A stretch of 64,000 nucleotides of DNA, taken from positions 288,001 to 352,000 of the forward strand of contig CAWJQQ010000008.1 in the NCBI GenBank assembly GCA_963845065.1, written 5' to 3'. Origin of the DNA: Nitrospirota bacterium (GTDB taxonomy: Bacteria; Nitrospirota; UBA9217). A program made the translations under genes and the position numbers. Positions within the stretch are counted from its first letter, which is position 1. Every line of letters begins with the position of its first letter. Shown piece after piece: positions 51,621 through 60,962 of the stretch. Under the pieces are notes generated by a model. It was given only the letters and a program-made list of their open reading frames with translations. It did no database searches and was not told the origin of the DNA.

Positions 51621-53309
51621 GTGAAGCATTTCTTTCCCGTTTCATCCGACGCACGGGATATCATTATGGTAAGAAAAAAATTTAAAAGACTCCTCATGCA
51701 AGGGATACTGACTAAGGAGGAGCTTGATAACCTCGCACGGCAGTCAGAAGAGATCAACACACCTCTTGAAGAGTTCCTGATGCAGCGAGGAGTGCCAAAG
51801 CACGAGATATTGTTCTGTCTATCCGAACACTACGGGCTTCCCTTCGTGGAATTCGATGAAAGTGTTACCGCTTCTTATTTCATCACAATGCGGCTAAACA
51901 TGGAGAAGCTGAAAAAGGCCCTCTGGTTTCCCCGATCGGTCACGCAGGATCGGGCCGAAGTAATTGCATGCTGCCCCGATGACCCCCGGGTGATTGATGA
52001 TATAAAAAAGACGCTTGGGGTGGAACAAATAGATTTTACTGTCGCACTTCCCGCCGATATCGTCCGCATCATCGAGCACAATTTTGATGTCAACCCGTCA
52101 TTTGCCTTCTCCGGGGGAAGAACGCCTCTTGCGCAGGTAAGGACTTATCTCGCCTACCGGCGATCGACTTATTCGCTATACCGGACGTTATTTGCCAAGG
52201 GTAGGACTGGTCTTGCTTTTATCAGGACCGGCGTATCCTTCATTGTCATCGCCCTTTTGTTTCTCAGGGTTTTCGGAGTAGGGCTTTTCACCATTATCGA
52301 GGCACCGCTTTTAATTGCTGGCATTGTTATGCTCTATGACGGGCTGAAATGGTATTTCCCCGCGCGAAGAATAGCAAAAAAACCGATCAACGTCTCCTGC
52401 ACAGAGTCCACGTGGGGGACCTGCGTTCTGGAAGAGTCGGCGACCCCTGAGGGAGAACCTTCGTTCCTTCGCTCCGGTATTGTGAGCGGCGCAGCTGAAC
52501 TCAGGGCCGGGTGGGAAAATCTTACGCCGGTCATGAGGCGAAGGTTTCTCGCCTCCGATAGGACCGACATGGCAGAGGAACGGACAGCAATGGCGGGACA
52601 TAGGACTAAACTCGCGAGGGCCAGGACTGGGCTCGCCTTTACGAGGACGGGCATTGCCTTTGGGGGACTCGGCATCGGATTACTCCGGCAGTTTCTCGAG
52701 AGCAGATGGACGATACTCGACGCGTCGCTCATCGTGGCAGGTCTTTTGATGTCGGCAGAAGGATTTTACTGGTATCTTGGCGGAAGACGTTCTGGAATCG
52801 AAAGCTTTAAATCGGTGATGGCAGCGGTCAATAAGGAAAGCATCTGGGACAAGGTTTTTCCGCTTCGGCATAACCGCACCGGGCCCCAAAAATACAACGC
52901 CGGTCTACCGGTCCGTGCTTCTGATTTGCCGGGAATATGGGCCACGACAGGCCTCGCTCTCGAGCGTACTGTCCTTGCCGACCGGCGATGCGTAATGGCC
53001 AGGCTTCGCTCAGTCATGGCGGTAACTCGAACAGGTCTGGCATTTGTCCGGACGGGGATGAGCATTTCATCCGTTGGTGCGGGTCTCATGGTTTATTTCG
53101 GCATGGCTTCGGTGGGTTGGACGGTCTTTAATATCGTTTTGATCCTCTCAGGTCTTGCGTTGATCATCGATGGATATTATTGGGTTATTCCGACCGAACG
53201 AATTCGGGCACAATACCCATACTGCTATGGGGACATGGAAATAACCATACCCGATTACGGCGTACCGGCGAATACTTGGGGCACGGTTTCTTTTAGTCAT
53301 AATGAATAA
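51621..53309 (+). CDS. MshEN/GSPII_N-like domain plus three DUF202-like membrane modules
   Basis: LLMQGILTKEEL...LSEHYGLPFVEF N-terminus; three [R-x6]n..RTGLAFxRTG modules, each with two TM segments; alternative start at 51666. Confidence 0.75.
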   Translation: MKHFFPVSSDARDIIMVRKKFKRLLMQGILTKEELDNLARQSEEINTPLEEFLMQRGVPKHEILFCLSEHYGLPFVEFDESVTASYFITMRLNMEKLKKALWFPRSVTQDRAEVIACCPDDPRVIDDIKKTLGVEQIDFTVALPADIVRIIEHNFDVNPSFAFSGGRTPLAQVRTYLAYRRSTYSLYRTLFAKGRTGLAFIRTGVSFIVIALLFLRVFGVGLFTIIEAPLLIAGIVMLYDGLKWYFPARRIAKKPINVSCTESTWGTCVLEESATPEGEPSFLRSGIVSGAAELRAGWENLTPVMRRRFLASDRTDMAEERTAMAGHRTKLARARTGLAFTRTGIAFGGLGIGLLRQFLESRWTILDASLIVAGLLMSAEGFYWYLGGRRSGIESFKSVMAAVNKESIWDKVFPLRHNRTGPQKYNAGLPVRASDLPGIWATTGLALERTVLADRRCVMARLRSVMAVTRTGLAFVRTGMSISSVGAGLMVYFGMASVGWTVFNIVLILSGLALIIDGYYWVIPTERIRAQYPYCYGDMEITIPDYGVPANTWGTVSFSHNE

Positions 53310-54549
53310 TGAGCTATTAAATATAGGCAATAATCTGGCGGGTGCCGATGTGCAGCGAGGTGCAGAATTTTCCTTACTCGTTGATTGGGGGATTCTGAGT
53401 CAACACAGACTTGAAGATGCCACACTCGCCGCCAAGACACGGGGGATCAATCTCGAGAAGCTGCTTCTCACGGAATACGACGTACCGAAGCACCAGCTGC
53501 TCGAGGCGCTTGCGACGTATTATAAATGCTCATCCATTGAATACGACGAACGCCTCCCCATACCCCCCGTGCTGCTGATCGGTCTCAACAGCGACGCGCT
53601 TTTGATGAACCAGTGGATGCCCGTGATCAAAGACCAAAGCGGAACCGTGGTCATCGCTGCGAGGAACCCCGAAAGCCCCGCCATGAGAGAAGATGTAAAA
53701 AAACGTATAACGGCTGAGCGGTTCGAATTCCGCGTCGCGCTCAATTCTGACATCCAGTGGTTTATCCAGGACTATCTTCATGCTAAGCCTGGACTGTTGA
53801 TCGGCACGGAACGGACAGGTCTCGCCTACTGGCGCAATACCATGGCCCACTGGAGGACGCGGCTCGCCTGCTACCGTACTGACCTCGCTAGCGCCAGGAC
53901 CGGTCTTGCCTTCCTCAGATGGGGGTTGGGCACTATTGCGATCTCTAATACTTTGCTCCAGACAAAAAATGTCAGCAGTTCCCCTAACACGTATTTCGCC
54001 GTACTGATTATCGGGATTGTAATTGCATTTTATGGCCTTCCCAAGTACCTTAACGTGCGGAAATCCCACATGACGCCTCCGGGCCAGCAGACTCTAGTGG
54101 AGGTCACTGCAGCCACCATTCAATTTCTTGAAAATTATCATCTCTTGGAAAACACGGGGATCAAGCGTCAAACACAGGGCACGATGCTGAGCCGGATGGG
54201 AGATCTGCTTGCCGACCACAGCACCTATCTGTATCCGTCTCCATCGAGCAGAATACGCACCATGTTTGCGCGTGAACGGAATGTCCTGGCGGCCCAGCGG
54301 ACGATAGCTGCGTGCTACCGCACCATTTACGCCCGTGCACGGACTGGTTTGGCCTTTATCCGGACCGGAATATCATTCCTGAGCATTGGTATCGGCATCA
54401 TAAGCTATTTCGGGCTCGGCGTACTGACGTCATTCAATCTCTGGCTCATCGCCGCAGGACTTCTCATGGCTGTAGACGGGACGCTATGGTACTGGCCCAT
54501 TAGAAAGGAACAGGCTGAAATCCCGCGGGGGATTGCCTATCCGGAATGA
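53302..54549 (+). CDS. MshEN/GSPII_N-like domain plus two DUF202-like membrane modules
   Basis: LLVDWGILSQHRL...VPKHQLLEALATYY, WMPV...VIAARNP; two RTGLAFxR modules; overlaps the upstream stop. Confidence 0.75.
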   Translation: MNNELLNIGNNLAGADVQRGAEFSLLVDWGILSQHRLEDATLAAKTRGINLEKLLLTEYDVPKHQLLEALATYYKCSSIEYDERLPIPPVLLIGLNSDALLMNQWMPVIKDQSGTVVIAARNPESPAMREDVKKRITAERFEFRVALNSDIQWFIQDYLHAKPGLLIGTERTGLAYWRNTMAHWRTRLACYRTDLASARTGLAFLRWGLGTIAISNTLLQTKNVSSSPNTYFAVLIIGIVIAFYGLPKYLNVRKSHMTPPGQQTLVEVTAATIQFLENYHLLENTGIKRQTQGTMLSRMGDLLADHSTYLYPSPSSRIRTMFARERNVLAAQRTIAACYRTIYARARTGLAFIRTGISFLSIGIGIISYFGLGVLTSFNLWLIAAGLLMAVDGTLWYWPIRKEQAEIPRGIAYPE

Positions 54550-54617
54550 TGGAGAAGACTGATCAATGGGCGAATATTACATCAGTACTGTTAAAAAAAG
54601 GGATTGACGGTCATGGG

Positions 54618-54655
54618 ACCTTCCCCCGGAGCTAGAAATCCGGGAGTGGTTTTTT
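54618..54655 (+). terminator. Probable (degenerate) intrinsic terminator
   Basis: ACCTTCCCCCGGA...TCCGGGAGTGG followed by T6; similar in sequence to the 47065 terminator. Confidence 0.55.
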
Positions 54656-54727
54656 CGTTCGTTATGAGCTGAATTGCCGCTTTCCAGAAACGATTCATTT
54701 CCCCACGGAGCTTTTAATCGTACTATT

Positions 54728-55258
54728 ATGAGATGCTCGTCGGTACAGATTTCTGTGTCTGATATCAGTCAACTTGAGGAGTGCAGGATTGCGGCTACCG
54801 TCCCGAGAGAAGATATTCGGCAGATCAAATTGTCCTATGACTCAAAAGCACGACATCCATTTCTGCAGTTTTTCGTTGGCTTTGGCCTGATCGTAACAGG
54901 CCTGGTTTTGCTAATTGCAGCTTTCATTATGGTGGAAGTCGGGGCCTTTTTTTTTCACATAGCCTCCCACACATTCAGCATTCCCGTGGTTCCTATAGGC
55001 CTTTGGCTTATGGTCGGCGCAGGTCTTTGGCTCTTGATCGGAGTATTTCGAGGAAGATATAATCTGTTAATCAACACCAAGCGAGGCGTTCGTAAGATAT
55101 TTTTTGGAGAGTCGACGGACATTAAAGATATTCTGCGTTTCATAGGGAGAGCGAATCAAGAATTAGGATATGATATTGACATGTCCATTACGGAAACTAT
55201 GTACATAAAAGATGCCCCTGCCGACCAGCAAACAAAAAATATGAACACGATACAGTAG
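54728..55258 (+). CDS. Hypothetical two-TM membrane protein
   Basis: Two hydrophobic segments; start uncertain. Confidence 0.55.
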   Translation: MRCSSVQISVSDISQLEECRIAATVPREDIRQIKLSYDSKARHPFLQFFVGFGLIVTGLVLLIAAFIMVEVGAFFFHIASHTFSIPVVPIGLWLMVGAGLWLLIGVFRGRYNLLINTKRGVRKIFFGESTDIKDILRFIGRANQELGYDIDMSITETMYIKDAPADQQTKNMNTIQ

Positions 55259-55448
55259 TTTGAAGTGTCCGGGGGGGCGCTCCCCATTCATCTTAGCCCT
55301 CCTCCTGTTCGTGAAGTTCTTTTTTCGTTCTGCATAGACGGAATTCAGCTAACACGGAACACATGATAGGATCATTCCGAAAACGGTGTGACTGCCCCCC
55401 CTATTACTGGTACAAAAAAGCCTCGCAATAGAGTATAATTTACGATAT

Positions 55449-56864
55449 ATGAAGATCGAGAACAAACTCATCATTTCGAACGCCGTCAACGGGGTCTTCA
55501 TCATCCTGATCGGATTATTCGCCTTTCAGAACATGAACCTCGTACTCACGAAGCTGCGGTTTGTTGAGATCGCCGCCGACCTGAATGCGTCATTTTTCGA
55601 AATGAGGCTCTCAGAAAAGAATTACCTTCTTTACCATGACCAGTACGCGCTCGCCACGATTCGCGAGAAGATCAGTTACACGGTGAAAACCCTCTCGGCA
55701 GCGAAGAAGGACATTATTCCCGCGATCGGAGAGACTAATCTAAGGAAATTGGAATCCGACTTAAGCGAATATTCGGACGTCATCGGTGAATTAGGCCGCT
55801 CCGGTCGTCACGCAAGCCCCGACTTGGAGGCGAAGATACGAACGTCGGGAAGACAACTTAAGGAATATTCTGAATCGATCACCAATCTGGAGCTGAAGCA
55901 CGTGAATGAAATCATCCAGGGCTCGAAGAAAATTCTAATTTTCTCTTTCTGGGCGATCCTTGCTTCGGCACTCCTGATCAGCCATTATATATCGCAGAGG
56001 ATTGTGCGTTCCCTCCGGGCGATCGTAAAGATGACTCGGATGATATCGGAAGGGAACTTTCACATGATCGAGGGTTTCCAGAGCAGTGACGAACTGGGGG
56101 AGGTGATCACGGCCGTCAATTCCATGTCCCAGGAACTGGCACACCGCGAGGAACAGATCATCCAGTCCAAGAAGCTTGCATCCCTTGGAATCCTGACCGC
56201 CGGCGTGGCTCACGAGATTTCGAATCCCCTGAACAACATCTCCATGATGGCCCAGACCTATGACGAGTTGTATGAGAAGCTGAGCGAAAAGGACCGGATC
56301 GGGTTCATGAACAAGGTAGAGGAGGAAACGGAGCGGATTCGGGAGATTGTCAAGAACCTGTTAGACTTTTCAAAGCCCAAGGACGCCAACCCGAATGAAG
56401 CGGACATCAACGCCGTGGTCCGCAAGACCCTCACCTTGGTCCAGAATATGATCAACGTGTCGAACATAGAAACGAAAATTACACTTGACGAGCCGCTGCC
56501 CTCAGTATTCGTCGATGAACATCAGATTCAGCAGGTGCTTGTGAACTTGATTACAAATGCCGTTCAGGCTATGTCCTCGGGGGGAAAGCTATTCATCTCC
56601 ACGCGAGCGGGTAAAAGGGGAGATTCGGTGGAGATCACCGTCATGGACACTGGGAAAGGCATAGCGCCCGAATTTCTAACCCACATTTTTGATCCCTTCT
56701 TCAGCACCAAGGGAGAGGGAGGCACTGGCCTGGGTTTGTCGGTTAGCTACGGCATCATCAAAAAACATCAAGGAGAGATCAGGGTTAAAAGCAAGGTAGG
56801 CGTCGGCACGACGTTCACCGTAGAACTGCCCATCTATCACCACGAGGAGAGGAACGATGGATAA
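55449..56864 (+). CDS. Membrane sensor histidine kinase (HAMP)
   Basis: EMRLSEKNYLLY sensor segment, DELG HAMP, AHEISNPL, GTGLGL. Confidence 0.92.
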   Translation: MKIENKLIISNAVNGVFIILIGLFAFQNMNLVLTKLRFVEIAADLNASFFEMRLSEKNYLLYHDQYALATIREKISYTVKTLSAAKKDIIPAIGETNLRKLESDLSEYSDVIGELGRSGRHASPDLEAKIRTSGRQLKEYSESITNLELKHVNEIIQGSKKILIFSFWAILASALLISHYISQRIVRSLRAIVKMTRMISEGNFHMIEGFQSSDELGEVITAVNSMSQELAHREEQIIQSKKLASLGILTAGVAHEISNPLNNISMMAQTYDELYEKLSEKDRIGFMNKVEEETERIREIVKNLLDFSKPKDANPNEADINAVVRKTLTLVQNMINVSNIETKITLDEPLPSVFVDEHQIQQVLVNLITNAVQAMSSGGKLFISTRAGKRGDSVEITVMDTGKGIAPEFLTHIFDPFFSTKGEGGTGLGLSVSYGIIKKHQGEIRVKSKVGVGTTFTVELPIYHHEERNDG

Positions 56865-57225
56865 ATACAGCATCATGGTCATTGACGACGAGAAGATCGT
56901 GGGCGACATGGCAAAGATGTCGCTTGAACAGGAAGGTTACGATGTGGAGACCTTCCTGAACGCCGAGCCGGCGCTTGCCCGGCTCAAAGAAAAGAAGTTC
57001 CAGGTCGTCGTTACGGATTACAAGATGAAGGGCATCGATGGCATGGAGGTGCTCAGGACCATCAAAAAAGAATACCCCGCCACGATGGTGATCATGATTA
57101 CCGCCTTCGCTAACCTAGATGCTGCCATTGAGGCGCTGCGGGGAGACGTGCACGACTTCTTCCCTAAACCGGTCAAGATCAAGGAATTGAAGGAGTCGAT
57201 CCGGCGGGCACTGAGCGGGTCGTAA
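56857..57225 (+). CDS. Single-domain response regulator
   Basis: VIDDE, VVTDYKM, MITAF, FPKP. Confidence 0.92.
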   Translation: MDKYSIMVIDDEKIVGDMAKMSLEQEGYDVETFLNAEPALARLKEKKFQVVVTDYKMKGIDGMEVLRTIKKEYPATMVIMITAFANLDAAIEALRGDVHDFFPKPVKIKELKESIRRALSGS

Positions 57226-57423
57226 GCTCAAAAAAGGCGGAAAAAACGTTACTGGCAAAGAAGCAGAGCGGGCAAAGTTTTGTGCAAAAAAATGCACGGC
57301 TGCTCCAGAACCAAAGACATCTCGCGCGAATATACACAGCCCAAAGAGTTGGAGAATCAATTCTCAGGTTCTCATTGCGCTCCCTATTACTCTGAGAGAT
57401 AAAATATTTTGTCAAGAAGTTTT

Positions 57424-60012
57424 ATGAAAAACGAGGCCATCATAAAATCGGTCCTCTCGTCCCTGTCCCGCGTCCTTTCCCGCCGGAAGATACCTTCCGA
57501 TCAGGCTTCGTTCAGGGCGGTGTTCGACCGTTTCAAGAACGTACTCGACAGCAATAACTGCGCCCTGGAAACCATTACGGATATGGGCGAAAAACTGGGC
57601 GGCGATTATCTCTTCGGCATTGTTTACATCAAAAAGGCCTATTCCCTTCTCAAAAAAGACATGGTGAACTCACTCCGCAGCTTCAATGAGCTGACTCAAG
57701 ACCGGTATCCCCGCCTTCACGAAGTATTTGAGCACATTGATTCTCTAATTACGCTGATGGTGGACGAAGCACCGCCAGCAGGAGGGGCTCCTGTCCTGTT
57801 TTACGAAGAGATACCCTGGGGCACGCAGCAGATCGTCGGAGGCAAGAACGCTCTCCTCGCCGAGGTAAAAAACAATTTGCATATGCAGGTCCCCGACGCA
57901 TTCGTCATCACGACAGCCGCCTTTGACGAGTTCATCAGGCATAATCAACTGGAAGGTCATATCGAGCGCCTTAAAAAGGGCCCTGTCCCACCTGACATGG
58001 CGTTTCAGGGATATCAAGAGCTCATTATCCATGGGACAATTCCTCCGGAAATCAGCCGCGGGATCCAAAAAGCGCTGGACAAGATTCGCAGGCGCAATAA
58101 AGAGTATTTTCTTGCGCTCCGGAGCAGCGCCGAGGAAGAGGATGGCGGCCGTTCCTTTGCAGGACAGTTCAGGACCATATTGAATGTACCTCTAAAACTC
58201 GAAGCAGTGGAGCGGGCATACAGGGAGGTGATTGCAAGCCTCTACTCGGGAAAGGCCATCGACTACCAGCTACAGATGGGGTATGACATCGGAACACTCA
58301 AAATGGCGGTCGGTTGCATGGCCATGGTTGATGTTGTGTCTAGCGGGGTCATCTATTCAACGACACCGGACGGCGACAGCAGCACAATGATCATCAGCGC
58401 TGCCTGGGGACTTGGAGAATCCATCGTCGAAAGCAGGACCGAGGCAGACCTTTATGTCGTTCGGAAAGGAACAGAGCCGGAGCTCGTTCGGGCCACATAT
58501 GGCAAAAAAGAATCCATGATCATAAGCATCGCAAATGGAGGGACCGAAGAAGTCAAGACGCCTGACGACCTTAAAAACGAGCCCTGTCTCACATCTGAAC
58601 AAATAGCAACGCTTGGAAAACAGGCGATGTCCATTGAGCGGTACTTCGGCACGCCCCGGGACATTGAGTGGTCGATTGACAAAAATGGGACAGTCTACAT
58701 CCTCCAGGCGCGGCCACTTAACGTTAATGCGACAGATAATATCATTGATCAGGCCGAAACGACGAACACTGCGCCGGTTGGCCATCCTATAATCGTAAGA
58801 GACCGCGGCAATGTGGTCCAGCGCGGTGCAGGCGCGGGAAAGGTTTTCATCGTAAGGACGCCAGAGGACATCGCAAAGTTCCCGAGAGGCGCCGTCCTCG
58901 TAGCAACCCATGATTCATCGCTTTTTGTCAGGACCATGCCCTATGTCTCCGCGATAATTACAGAAACAGGCTCCCAGACAAGCCACATGGCTGCGCTCTG
59001 CAGGGAATTTAAAATACCGACGATCGTGAATTTGGACAAGGCGACGGAGATCCTGAAACAAGACCAGGACATTACGGTCGTTGCCAATGACGGCAGCGCG
59101 TCAACGATCTATAGCGGAATAGTGCGGGACGCGCTTGCAAAAGCAGGACATGACAAACAGCAGATGGAACGCATCAATGAGTTCCGCAGGAAACGGTATA
59201 TCCTTAGGTACATCTCTCCACTCCACCTTATTGACCCACTGATGGACGAGTTCACGCCCGAGCGATGCAGGACCTTGCATGATATCTTACGATTCATGCA
59301 TGAAAAGTCCGTTGCCGAGCTCGTAGAGAGTGCCCGCAGGGGCAACTCGAGGATGAGGAAGCACGGGACAATCACTCAGCTTGAATTGCCTGTGCCGGCG
59401 GGCATTCTCGTCATGGACATGGGCGGCGGCCTAGAAAGAGGGATACAGGGAGAAACGGCGACCATCAAACAGATCACTTCTATTCCGTTCAAGGCAATAG
59501 TCGAGGGGATGATCTATCCCGGCGCATGGCACTCCGAAGCAGTGGCGCTCAAAGCCCAGGATTTCCTGTCGAGCATGATGCGGATGCCTGACATAACCAG
59601 TGTCGCGGACAGCACGGTCGGATATAATGTGGCGGTCATTTCCCGCGAGTACGTTAACATGAGCATCCGGTTCGGCTATCATTTCAACATGGTCGATTGT
59701 TACTGCAGCGAGAACTCAAGAAACAACCATATCTATTTCCGGTTTGCTGGAGGGGCGACCGATCTGACAAAAAGGTCGAGGCGGCTGGAGCTCCTCGCAC
59801 GCATATTGAAGGAATATGGTTTCAATATAAAAATAAAAGGTGATCTGCTTATTGCGAGACTTGCCGGCCTTAGTCAAGTGGAAATGGAGAAGGTCTTGAA
59901 CCAGACGGGCCGTTTGATCGCCTATGCGCGCCAGCTCGATGCCGCGCTTCATGATGATGCTACCGTCGATCGGTATACAAAGAATTTTTTGGAAGGGCGG
60001 TATGAACTCTGA
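57424..60012 (+). CDS. PEP synthase/PPDK-like dikinase with an atypical C-terminal domain
   Basis: ATP-grasp motifs (VGGKN, LRSSA.EED..SFAGQF, DIEW, LQARP) and phospho-His swivel (TETGSQTSHMA); no recognisable PEP-binding barrel. Confidence 0.85.
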   Translation: MKNEAIIKSVLSSLSRVLSRRKIPSDQASFRAVFDRFKNVLDSNNCALETITDMGEKLGGDYLFGIVYIKKAYSLLKKDMVNSLRSFNELTQDRYPRLHEVFEHIDSLITLMVDEAPPAGGAPVLFYEEIPWGTQQIVGGKNALLAEVKNNLHMQVPDAFVITTAAFDEFIRHNQLEGHIERLKKGPVPPDMAFQGYQELIIHGTIPPEISRGIQKALDKIRRRNKEYFLALRSSAEEEDGGRSFAGQFRTILNVPLKLEAVERAYREVIASLYSGKAIDYQLQMGYDIGTLKMAVGCMAMVDVVSSGVIYSTTPDGDSSTMIISAAWGLGESIVESRTEADLYVVRKGTEPELVRATYGKKESMIISIANGGTEEVKTPDDLKNEPCLTSEQIATLGKQAMSIERYFGTPRDIEWSIDKNGTVYILQARPLNVNATDNIIDQAETTNTAPVGHPIIVRDRGNVVQRGAGAGKVFIVRTPEDIAKFPRGAVLVATHDSSLFVRTMPYVSAIITETGSQTSHMAALCREFKIPTIVNLDKATEILKQDQDITVVANDGSASTIYSGIVRDALAKAGHDKQQMERINEFRRKRYILRYISPLHLIDPLMDEFTPERCRTLHDILRFMHEKSVAELVESARRGNSRMRKHGTITQLELPVPAGILVMDMGGGLERGIQGETATIKQITSIPFKAIVEGMIYPGAWHSEAVALKAQDFLSSMMRMPDITSVADSTVGYNVAVISREYVNMSIRFGYHFNMVDCYCSENSRNNHIYFRFAGGATDLTKRSRRLELLARILKEYGFNIKIKGDLLIARLAGLSQVEMEKVLNQTGRLIAYARQLDAALHDDATVDRYTKNFLEGRYEL

Positions 60013-60140
60013 TCGATAGAAGCTGTGATCACGGAAAAAGAGCGCACGATGAGCGCAAGAACAGTATATTCTGAGGAATGGCTACGGATGCGAGATCGCA
60101 TCCGTAGCTTACAGAGTGGGCTCTCCGCATCCGAATGACC

Positions 60141-60758
60141 TTATATCGCCCTCGGCCCGGCACAAGCCGAGGCTTCCAAGGGACCGGAAAACATGCCCTC
60201 CAGTTTAACAAGTGCGCACCAGAGTACATTCTGAAGATCCTCGTTCGTCTTGTTCCCCAAATATGTTTTCGCCAACGTCTCCCGTATGGTAAGCATCAAC
60301 GGGTCTTTTTTGAGGAACGATAGAAACGTCCGAAGACGTCCTTCGCCACCGCCGAGCTTTGATGCCGCGTACGGTTTCTCAATTGTTTTATAATGATCCT
60401 GCAGATAGATCAGAAACCATAGCTGTGTCATATCATAAAAAAATTCAAGTGTCGGATAGTAGCCGTACCGTTGCCTGATATGCGCCTCAACAGATAAGCG
60501 GTTTTCGGGGATGGTGGGAAATACGGCGATGAGCAGCCCTTCCGCAAAGTCTTCGTAGAAAAACGGTAAATCTGCGAACTGTCGATTCCCGCAGTGGGGG
60601 CAGGTAATCATATTGAACTCCCAGTTCTGCAGGAGCGTTTTTACGACAGGTGTTCGCGAAACATCGACCCACGTAGCGATCCGGGCCTTAAAGCTATGCT
60701 TACAAGAGTCGCAATAAAGCAATTCATCCCTGTGAGCTCCAGCCTGAGGTGTCAACAT
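60141..60758 (-). CDS. CpXC-like double-CxxC protein
   Basis: CDSC...CPHCG...PFFYED. Confidence 0.7.
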   Translation of the reverse strand: MLTPQAGAHRDELLYCDSCKHSFKARIATWVDVSRTPVVKTLLQNWEFNMITCPHCGNRQFADLPFFYEDFAEGLLIAVFPTIPENRLSVEAHIRQRYGYYPTLEFFYDMTQLWFLIYLQDHYKTIEKPYAASKLGGGEGRLRTFLSFLKKDPLMLTIRETLAKTYLGNKTNEDLQNVLWCALVKLEGMFSGPLEASACAGPRAI

Positions 60759-60962
60759 ATGTTCACTCCTATAAATGTGTATCGACTAAAGGCCGAAGAC
60801 AGCGCACAGCAGCACGAACCATGACGCCCTCTCCCTCGCGAGGATCATGATGCATGCTCGGTCTTGGAATGTCTATTTCCTGTCGAGACTGATCCGCGAG
60901 ATTTAGTGCTATCCTGATGACGCTGTCTATCCTGGATACATGAATTCGAAATCGAGGAGTGG

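Noticed and set aside
51621..54549. Calling these genes type II secretion / PilB ATPases
   Set aside because: Only the N-terminal MshEN-like domain is present; there are no Walker motifs and no pilin or secretin genes
57424..60012. Calling this gene ppsA or ppdK
   Set aside because: The canonical C-terminal PEP/pyruvate-binding barrel motifs are not recognisable
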